From contig DFQC01000051.1 in assembly GCA_002377585.1 (NCBI GenBank), positions 7,211 through 71,210 of the forward strand: a stretch of DNA of 64,000 nucleotides. The letters run 5' to 3'. A model generated the notes under the pieces. That model did not search any database. It saw only the letters and a list, made by a program, of their open reading frames with translations, and had not been told where the DNA came from. The DNA is from Anaerolineales bacterium UBA3499 (GTDB lineage Bacteria > Chloroflexota > Anaerolineae > Anaerolineales > UBA11657). This document shows positions 57,162 through 64,000 of this stretch, one piece after another. The translations under genes and the position numbers were made by a program. The number at the start of each line of letters is the position of its first letter. Within the stretch, counting starts at the first letter, position 1.

Positions 57162-59141
57162 TTATCTGTCGGAAGCTAAACGCTGCCTGATTTCCTCTGG
57201 AGGTATCTCCATGTGTATTACTAGCCTTTCAACCATTTTTGCAAATGTAGGTGCTGCTGTTGAAGAACCCCATTGACTGGTCTGAGGAGCATCCAACTTC
57301 ACATATATTATGAATCTTGGTTGATCCACTGGGCCCCAGCCAATAAAAGATGCCATAGTACGCTCAGTATCATAACCATAAGGCATTGGTATTTGAGCTG
57401 TGCCTGTTTTACCAGCAAGCTTATAACCATCTACTAATGCCTTTGAATGCGATGTCTCTGTTTGAAGACTTGCTGTGAGCATATCTGTTAATGTGTTAGC
57501 TACTTCTCTAGAAATGGGATTACCTAATATCTTAGGCTTGGCTGTATAAACCATGTCACCATCTCTAATCTCCTGCAACAAATGCGGTTGCATGATAACC
57601 CCATCATTAGCAACGGCAGATACAGCTGTGAGCATCTGCAAACCAGTTACAGCCAATCCCTGTCCAAAAGAATTAGTAGCTAAATCCGCATCATGCCAAT
57701 CTGGATCACCAGGACGCCGGAGACTACCAGTTTCCTCACCCTGAATGTCAACATGTGTCAATCTACCAATGCCGAATGCTTGCAAGTGATCATAATATTG
57801 TTTTGGACCAAGAGTAGTAGAAAGAGTCGCAGCGCCTACATTTAATGAGCGTGCTAACAGACCTGTCATGTCCTGATGATCATGAGCTTTTAAGTCCCAG
57901 TTCCTTACAACAATTCCACCATATTCAAATATACCGGTATCAAAATAACTGCTATATCTAGAAAAAATGCCTGATTCAAGTGCAGCAGCCATAGTTATAA
58001 CTTTGAAGACGGATCCTGGTTCAAATTGCTCGCTCACAGCTGGATTGCGCCCTACATTTTCAGTATCTGTTATAACTGCTTCAATATCGTTTGGATCAAA
58101 ACCTGGCACGGAAGCTATGGCAAGAATGTCCCCCGTGGTCGGGTCACCGACAAGCATCATTCCACTTTCAGCCTCATATTCCTGGATACTCTCTGTAAGC
58201 ACTTGCTCAGCTAAGAATTGAATCTCACGATCTATAGTCAAATATACGTCAGCATTTGCATCTGTCTGAAGTTCTGTACCTACATCGAGGGGTATTATCG
58301 ACACAAAGACTCTCTCAGTGTCCCCACCTAGAATATCATCATAGTAGCCCTCTACCCCATAATATCCTGTCTGATTGTACAAAACCAGACCAAGTATATG
58401 TCCAGCTAATGGCCCATTTGGATATGTGCGTAATAGAACAGGCCTTACGGTTATACTTCGTAATGTATGCCCGTACTTTCCAGATAATAGAGCCCAAATA
58501 TGTTGACGTAATTCAAGATCAAGATCTTGTCCATATGCTTCTACTAATCTTTGTAATTGAACCCCCAAAATTGGTTCGACTCGCTCATCATAGTCACCAT
58601 TGAGTATCAAACTAATTTGCTCCGCAAACTCTGGTGTAATCTTGGGACCATGATCCCCATCGTAAAGCTGCTGCATTTGCCTCTCCAAATCAGGAGCAAG
58701 TTCTGGTTCCAAATAAGCTTTCAATTTCTTATACGAGAGTTGAGTACCATCCACACTCATGTCATCTAGCACCAATTTTTGCAAAGACTCGTATGACATA
58801 TCGATCAAGCTTGATAACTCCATAGCAATATTTTTCAATGCAATTCGTCTATCAAATTCATCTATATTTCCATCTTCATTCTCATCGCCATATAAGACAG
58901 AGTCATAATCAATACCAACCTCATAGAAAACCGCATTAGTAGCAAGCAGCTCTCCATTTCGATCAAAAATTCGCCCTCTCGGTGGCCGGACCATTTGGAA
59001 ATTTCCAGGTCCTCCAACTGCAACCTCAGCAGCTTTCAAGTTGAATTGCAGACTAATAAGACGATAAAACACAAAAAGAGTGCTTAGTCCTAGAAGAAAC
59101 ACAACAATGCCCAAACGATTGTGAAAAGAATCTGAACGCAT
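57162..59141 (-). CDS. ftsI: Class B penicillin-binding protein (FtsI/PBP2 family) with N-terminal domain insertions
   Basis: RGRIFDRNG; catalytic SxxK (SVFK), SxN (SLN), KTG (KTGT). Confidence 0.92.
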   Translation of the reverse strand: MRSDSFHNRLGIVVFLLGLSTLFVFYRLISLQFNLKAAEVAVGGPGNFQMVRPPRGRIFDRNGELLATNAVFYEVGIDYDSVLYGDENEDGNIDEFDRRIALKNIAMELSSLIDMSYESLQKLVLDDMSVDGTQLSYKKLKAYLEPELAPDLERQMQQLYDGDHGPKITPEFAEQISLILNGDYDERVEPILGVQLQRLVEAYGQDLDLELRQHIWALLSGKYGHTLRSITVRPVLLRTYPNGPLAGHILGLVLYNQTGYYGVEGYYDDILGGDTERVFVSIIPLDVGTELQTDANADVYLTIDREIQFLAEQVLTESIQEYEAESGMMLVGDPTTGDILAIASVPGFDPNDIEAVITDTENVGRNPAVSEQFEPGSVFKVITMAAALESGIFSRYSSYFDTGIFEYGGIVVRNWDLKAHDHQDMTGLLARSLNVGAATLSTTLGPKQYYDHLQAFGIGRLTHVDIQGEETGSLRRPGDPDWHDADLATNSFGQGLAVTGLQMLTAVSAVANDGVIMQPHLLQEIRDGDMVYTAKPKILGNPISREVANTLTDMLTASLQTETSHSKALVDGYKLAGKTGTAQIPMPYGYDTERTMASFIGWGPVDQPRFIIYVKLDAPQTSQWGSSTAAPTFAKMVERLVIHMEIPPEEIRQRLASDR

Positions 59142-59142
59142 T

Positions 59143-59634
59143 TTATTCTTCTATCAATCCCCATTGAACGATATGACGTACAGCCCACTCAGTAAGACTT
59201 TCGTCATAATAACTCGTCGGATCTGCAGAGTTGCTGCCTTCAGAGCTCGAAATATAACGATTATCTTGTTCATAATCAAAATTCGGAACCATCAAGTATT
59301 CGATCTGTTCCAATTGCAATGGCACATACCCTAGTTGGCCAGCTCTTTCCATCAAAAGTGACGCCGATTCTAAATATGCATTGTTAGCATGTATTAGGTC
59401 ATTTTCATATCCAATATTTTCAACTTGCCTTCGCAGTTGCTGTACATGCCTACCCGTAACAGCTGCTCGAGAAGTTTCTGCCAAATAAATCGCACCAAAC
59501 ATACCCAGAGCAAATACTATTATCAATATTGGCGCTGTAATTTGCCTGTGTCGTCGCCATTGTGCTTGTTTAAATGACTTTTCAGGTAATGCATCTAAAT
59601 GACCATCTGCTGTCATTTTTTGTCTCACAGCCAT
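59143..59634 (-). CDS. ftsL: FtsL-like bitopic membrane protein
   Basis: One TM helix followed by a leucine-zipper-like segment and RAGQLGY; position between rsmH and ftsI; AGGAGG SD. Confidence 0.7.
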   Translation of the reverse strand: MAVRQKMTADGHLDALPEKSFKQAQWRRHRQITAPILIIVFALGMFGAIYLAETSRAAVTGRHVQQLRRQVENIGYENDLIHANNAYLESASLLMERAGQLGYVPLQLEQIEYLMVPNFDYEQDNRYISSSEGSNSADPTSYYDESLTEWAVRHIVQWGLIEE

Positions 59635-59778
59635 CTAATCCTCCTAGGGAATCAAATCAAATTTTCCCTATCTGTACGCTGAACACCTTTTGAACATTTA
59701 CTTTTGTCGTTTTCATTAAATATGCAAGGACCATGCCACACGGATGTCATGGTCTAAACAGCAATTACGTCACATGCT

Positions 59779-59883
59779 TCATCCAAGCACACTCAGCTGT
59801 TGCAATATAAGAAATATCAACACAGTGTCGATTGTAAAAAAGGCCAAAGGTCTAACTATCGTTGACAACAGGTACCTTTCCAT
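59779..59883 (-). CDS. Putative 34 aa hydrophobic microprotein MERYLLSTIVRPLAFFTIDTVLIFLILQQLSVLG
   Basis: Below the ORF-track cutoff; GGAGG SD 7 nt before ATG 59883; same strand as the dcw genes. Confidence 0.5.
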   Translation of the reverse strand: MERYLLSTIVRPLAFFTIDTVLIFLILQQLSVLG

Positions 59884-59940
59884 GAAAATACCTCCGTAAC
59901 TCTAACTATTATCTTCTTGTATCTTTTTGATATTACAACG

Positions 59941-60855
59941 TCATATCTTCTCCGCTACACGCAGTCGTGCACTTCGACTACGTCGATTTTCCGTAATTTC
60001 TCTGTACGTTGGACTAATGGGTCTACGATTTACTCTGGTAATTGTTGCATGATGATTACATACACATGTAATCTGCTCCACTGGACAGACGCAATCCCGC
60101 GATTCTCGCCTCAAAAATCGTTTGACGAGTCTGTCTTCCAAAGAATGAAATGCTATTATCGCAATACGGCCACCCGGCGCAAGAATCTCCAGTGCTTTCG
60201 GTAACACATTGACAATATTGTCAATCTCTTTGTTCACAGCAATACGCAATGCTTGAAATGTTTTTGTGGCCACATGACGACCAGCCTTACTATGTCTTTT
60301 ACAATCAGCAACAATTTGAGCTAGCTGTAAAGTATTATTGATTGGACGCTCGCTGACCAAAGCTCTAGCTATCTTATTTCCTTGAGTCTCCTCACCTAGT
60401 TCATACAAGATTCTCGCAATCTTATGCTGTGGCCAACTGTTGACTATGTCATCTGCGCTCAATTCTTCTGTTGAGTCGAACCGCATATCTAACGGACCTT
60501 CAAGATTAAATGAAAATCCTCGTTTAGCCTTTTCTAGTTGTTGGGATGAAAGCCCCAAATCTAATACAATGCCATCAACCTTGTGCCATCCCAGGTCACT
60601 TACACACTTGTCCATTTCAACATATGATGACTTTTTTAGTATGACACGCTCACCAAACATCTTTAGTGTGGCAGCAGCAGTCTTGACTGCACAATAATCA
60701 ATATCCAAACCTAGCAACATTCCATCAGGATCGCTAGCTTGCAATATGCCGGCTGCATGTCCACCAGAACCAACCGTACCATCCACATATTTTCCAGACG
60801 GATGCGGTTTAAGGCACCCAATTACTTCTTCGTAAAGGACAGGTATATGTGTCAT
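59941..60855 (-). CDS. rsmH: 16S rRNA m4C1402 methyltransferase
   Basis: HIPVLYEE, DGTVGSGGH, DLGLSS, GPLDMR, FQALRIAVN, FHSLEDR, RSRSARLR. Confidence 0.97.
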   Translation of the reverse strand: MTHIPVLYEEVIGCLKPHPSGKYVDGTVGSGGHAAGILQASDPDGMLLGLDIDYCAVKTAAATLKMFGERVILKKSSYVEMDKCVSDLGWHKVDGIVLDLGLSSQQLEKAKRGFSFNLEGPLDMRFDSTEELSADDIVNSWPQHKIARILYELGEETQGNKIARALVSERPINNTLQLAQIVADCKRHSKAGRHVATKTFQALRIAVNKEIDNIVNVLPKALEILAPGGRIAIIAFHSLEDRLVKRFLRRESRDCVCPVEQITCVCNHHATITRVNRRPISPTYREITENRRSRSARLRVAEKI

Positions 60856-60923
60856 ATACTAAAATCCAAACTGATCACTAGCCACAAGTATTACGCACGA
60901 TTGCGCGATACCAATCACGAGAT

Positions 60924-61394
60924 TTATATATCCTCCGCAAAAGCATCTGAGATATCGGGACTTATTGCCAAGTTCAATGCGGCAAAACGTTCAGCATTAG
61001 CTTCACTATCATTGACCGTATGGAGCTGCATTTCCCAATCCTCCTTATTCCATACTTCTATCCATCCACCCACACCTGCCAAAACAACATCTTTGTCTAA
61101 TCCAGCATAAGCACGCAAAAACGCCGGTATATTTACCCGACCTAATTTGTCCAATTGTCCTTCTCGAGCACTGGCAAACATAACCCTCTGCAACACGCGA
61201 TGCTCAGGAACAGTGGGACTAAGTTCTTGGGACCTATTGGCCATTTTTAAAAAAGTGTTAGTGCTGTATATAATTAGATAACGCTCCCAACCCCTAGACA
61301 AAACGCACCCTTTCTGGAATTTGTCACGGTACGCAGAGGGAACCGTGACACGTCCTTTACTATCAATAGAATGGTAGTACTCGCCCAAAAACAT
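60924..61394 (-). CDS. mraZ: Division/cell wall cluster regulator MraZ
   Basis: MFLGEYYHSIDSKGRVTVP and LDKLGRVNIP (twin DxxGR motifs). Confidence 0.97.
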   Translation of the reverse strand: MFLGEYYHSIDSKGRVTVPSAYRDKFQKGCVLSRGWERYLIIYSTNTFLKMANRSQELSPTVPEHRVLQRVMFASAREGQLDKLGRVNIPAFLRAYAGLDKDVVLAGVGGWIEVWNKEDWEMQLHTVNDSEANAERFAALNLAISPDISDAFAEDI

Positions 61395-61439
61395 TAGATT
61401 ATCCTGACATATTCCAAGCCAAACAACATGCTTAATACC

Positions 61440-61473
61440 CCACTTTTATCCACTAAATCCCACAATTCACCAC
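61440..61473 (-). promoter_or_regulatory. MraZ operator: four GTGG direct repeats with exact 10 bp period
   Basis: CCAC at 61440, 61450, 61460, 61470 on the plus strand, directly downstream of the promoter -10. Confidence 0.85.
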
Positions 61474-61474
61474 T

Positions 61475-61504
61475 TTTATAGCATATACACCCACATATGT
61501 GCAA
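61475..61504 (-). promoter_or_regulatory. dcw (mraZ) promoter
   Basis: TTGCAC, 18 bp spacer, TATAAA with TGc extended -10. Confidence 0.7.
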
Positions 61505-61597
61505 CTTCATCCAAATTTAGATGGCAAGGGGTAATCGTGTCTAACATATCAAGTTTGCGAATTACATGGAGCTTTACGCCTATATAGAGGAGCAACG

Positions 61598-61633
61598 TTT
61601 TATATAGACCCGTATATAGGGGTCTATATAAAA
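61598..61633. repeat. Perfect 14 bp inverted repeat with 8 nt spacer
   Basis: TTTTATATAGACCC-gtatatag-GGGTCTATATAAAA. Confidence 0.88.
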
Positions 61634-61767
61634 TACCAATTTGTGTGCTGTAATTCTATGTTTTGAAAATTTTAAGGTTGCAAGAAGAAGTGAATGCTGT
61701 TTATTAATTGGGTGGAAGAGATATCATACTCCCAACTGGATGACCTAACACTAAATGCCTATCTATT

Positions 61768-62109
61768 TCATGATACCTTACTACCTAATTCACAATCCGC
61801 ATCAGGTATAAGTAATTTGACTTCTCCACTGGCAACAATTGCACCTAAAACTAATACCTCTGAGACAAATGGTCCTATTTGCTTGGGTGGGAAATTAACT
61901 ACAGCCACTACTTGACGACCAATTAAGTCTTTGGGTTTGTAATTAGTGATTTGCGCAGAAGACTTCTTTGTACCTAGAATCCCGAAATCAACCAGCAATC
62001 TATATGCAGGACGTATAGCTTCCGGAAATTCATGTACTTCCAAGATTCTGCCAATACGCATATCTACCTTCTCAAATTCATTCCAATTCAGTAAATGTGA
62101 TGTGTTCAT
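61768..62109 (-). CDS. csaA: tRNA-binding OB-fold protein / secretion chaperone CsaA
   Basis: FEKVDMRIGRI, KKSSAQIT, VNFPPKQIGPFVSEVLVLG. Confidence 0.9.
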   Translation of the reverse strand: MNTSHLLNWNEFEKVDMRIGRILEVHEFPEAIRPAYRLLVDFGILGTKKSSAQITNYKPKDLIGRQVVAVVNFPPKQIGPFVSEVLVLGAIVASGEVKLLIPDADCELGSKVS

Positions 62110-62144
62110 CTATATTATCCTCAATATGCTAATTATTCACTTTC

Positions 62145-63188
62145 TCACGACTTGGACAAACTATATATTTCAACACCATCTGGTCTGACAAGAATTATGC
62201 TTTCTCCATACTCATACCACCCTGCCAAGTAAGCATGACCTAGATTGACACTTTTGTGAACTTCGTACATATTTCCGTCAAAATTGTGGATCCAAGTTTC
62301 CACAATGATTCCAGACTCGCCTGAGACAATCAGCTGGTTGCCATTAGTAGACCACAACATTTTGGTCGGCCGAGGCCCGGGTATTGTATTGCCGTCAGTA
62401 GTAGTCGGTACAAATTCGTTTGTATCATTAAGACTAACAAACAACAAAGGTCGATCACCACTATCTGCCACTGCCAGAATGTCATGATCGACAATCCATA
62501 ATGGTTGGTCCATTACCGACATAATTGATTTATAGGAAAAATCACTGACTTGACGCACATATTTCTGCTTAACATTCAGTACATATATCCCAGGATCAAT
62601 TGACTGGCGCACAAATGCGATTTCGGTACCATCAGGAGACCATGAAAAAGCATGTCCAACATGATCAGCTAACATCCTGACTCTACCAGGACTAGTGGCA
62701 ATACCTAAAGAAAAATCGTTATGGTCTGCATCAAATACTATCAATGCAGCTCTAGCATTTGTAAAATTTGTGCTTGGGTCCCACAAGACGCGACCTACTC
62801 CATATGACCACCAACGCGTCACAACATTACTCTGATAGTCATAGGCCCAAAAATCACTGACGGACCAAATGCCGTCTGGAAGTGTATGATATTCACTTCC
62901 GGAATAAGCAAGTAGTTTAGTTTTTACATTGTAGTCCCAATAAAAATCGTATCTAGGCGGAAATTCTTGTTTATAAAATACATCATCACTATTGATTAAC
63001 AATCCTCCATTTGCACCCACAATAACAATTAAAGATGTTTCATCATTTTCAGTATCACTATTAATTCTAAAATTTTCCAATGATGGAGGCAAAACATCAG
63101 ATAAAGTACTACAGGCACCCAAAATTACCACAAATACTATACAAATTGAAATTAACTTAAAAAAGAAAGGGGTTGATGGTGTACTCAC
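62145..63188 (-). CDS. Hypothetical lipoprotein with TolB/WD40-like beta-propeller features (GTG start 63188 preferred over 63254)
   Basis: Lipobox ILGA-C; FSWSPDGTEIAF and MLWSTNGNQLI blade motifs. Confidence 0.7.
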   Translation of the reverse strand: MSTPSTPFFFKLISICIVFVVILGACSTLSDVLPPSLENFRINSDTENDETSLIVIVGANGGLLINSDDVFYKQEFPPRYDFYWDYNVKTKLLAYSGSEYHTLPDGIWSVSDFWAYDYQSNVVTRWWSYGVGRVLWDPSTNFTNARAALIVFDADHNDFSLGIATSPGRVRMLADHVGHAFSWSPDGTEIAFVRQSIDPGIYVLNVKQKYVRQVSDFSYKSIMSVMDQPLWIVDHDILAVADSGDRPLLFVSLNDTNEFVPTTTDGNTIPGPRPTKMLWSTNGNQLIVSGESGIIVETWIHNFDGNMYEVHKSVNLGHAYLAGWYEYGESIILVRPDGVEIYSLSKS

Positions 63189-63207
63189 GCCTTGAGCCAA
63201 GGCTAGT

Positions 63208-63894
63208 TTAGGCAGCACTTTCCATTTCGGTGATTCCTGTCTCATGAGCAACAATCACTTTTGTAGCCATATCCAGGAAAAGTCCATGTTCAACAATTCC
63301 TACTCTACATTTTATCAATGAAGCCAAATATTCGGGATTATCTATGCCATCTTCAAACCAGCATCGCACTAGTGGGTTTCCATTATCTGTCAGCATAGCT
63401 GAACCATTTTCAGACAACCACAACTCTGCCACACAGCCCAATTCCGTTAGCCAACGAATTTGAGAGTCGACCGCAAATGAAACCACCTCTATCGGTAAAG
63501 GACCCCGTTCACCAAGTCGAGTGACAAGTTTAGTATTATCAACGATGATTACAAATTCATCTGCATGTGTCGCCACCACTTTCTCGCGCAGCAGAGCTCT
63601 ACCAAGACCCTTGACTAGATTTAGGTTGTTGTCAACCTCATCTGCCCCATCTATAGCAATATCCAAGCGTTCATACTCATCCAACGTTGACAATTTCACG
63701 CCCGCCTGGCGTGCTTGCTCAGCGGTTTCCTCAGAAGTAGGCACAGCCACTATGTCACTTAATTCTCCAGATTTCAACAATGCACCTAACTCTTCAATAA
63801 ACAAAGTCATTGTAGATCCACTACCTAATCCTATTATGTTGCCTGAATGCACGTATTGCAAAGCATGCAGCGCTGCTTGTCGTTTCAAATCCAT
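63208..63894 (-). CDS. rpiA: Ribose-5-phosphate isomerase A
   Basis: GLGSGST, DGADEVD, KGLGRALLREK, TDNGN, GIVEHGLF. Confidence 0.96.
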   Translation of the reverse strand: MDLKRQAALHALQYVHSGNIIGLGSGSTMTLFIEELGALLKSGELSDIVAVPTSEETAEQARQAGVKLSTLDEYERLDIAIDGADEVDNNLNLVKGLGRALLREKVVATHADEFVIIVDNTKLVTRLGERGPLPIEVVSFAVDSQIRWLTELGCVAELWLSENGSAMLTDNGNPLVRCWFEDGIDNPEYLASLIKCRVGIVEHGLFLDMATKVIVAHETGITEMESAA

Positions 63895-64000
63895 TAGTAT
63901 CGATTCACCATAACTTGATTAATTGACATAAAGAAACAAACCTGAACTGATTATAAAGATAACATATATTATATTAGTTTGTACACGATTTTAGTTGTGT

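Noticed and set aside
59700-59781. Selenocysteine read-through of the microprotein TGA using the downstream hairpin as SECIS
   Set aside because: A second in-frame TGA follows after two codons, the extension is short and unlike known selenoproteins, and the hairpin is about 25 nt from the first TGA
97-63913. The many 60-180 aa ORFs antisense to or nested within recognised genes (e.g. 4239-4769, 34388-34804, 63521-63913)
   Set aside because: Shadow ORFs of real genes: Ser/Ile-rich antisense composition, no SD, no motifs
1-64000. CRISPR array, rRNA, tRNA, transposase, integrase or prophage
   Set aside because: No regularly spaced direct repeats, cloverleaf with TTCGAA T-loop or mobile-element ORF seen; intergenic gaps are short. 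A tRNAscan-SE/Infernal run would be needed to exclude small RNAs formally

Overview
A 64 kb stretch of bacterial core chromosome, AT-rich (about 40% GC by eye). Gene content and order point to Chloroflexota, probably Anaerolineae-like; this assignment is inference. From left to right it carries: partial folD; a MacAB-type ABC exporter with a giant adaptor; an F420-dependent reductase with a DrrAB-type ABC pair; a complete 10-gene LysW/alpha-aminoadipate lysine operon behind an unannotated Lys-rich leader-peptide attenuator; a response regulator, PP2C phosphatase, M20 peptidase and MscS; rpmH-rnpA-yidD-(beta-propeller lipoprotein)-yidC-jag-parA-parB-amidohydrolase; selB and a long coiled-coil protein; two GT4 glycosyltransferases; a stand-alone three-gene antiporter-like (NuoLMN/MrpAD/HyfBEF-like) membrane module whose proton-pumping residues look degenerate; a YceI lipoprotein; nrdR-nrdJ; the dcw cluster; then csaA, a lipoprotein and rpiA. 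The dcw cluster lacks murE, has a murC-murB fusion and inserted small genes, and its FtsI carries an EF-hand-like loop and helical repeats. I saw no CRISPR array, rRNA, tRNA, transposase or integrase. The strongest leads are the lys attenuator, the degenerate antiporter-like trio, the Cys-bracketed tip domain of the exporter adaptor, the propeller lipoprotein inside the yidC operon, and the dcw peculiarities. All family assignments come from motif recognition by eye; no searches were run.
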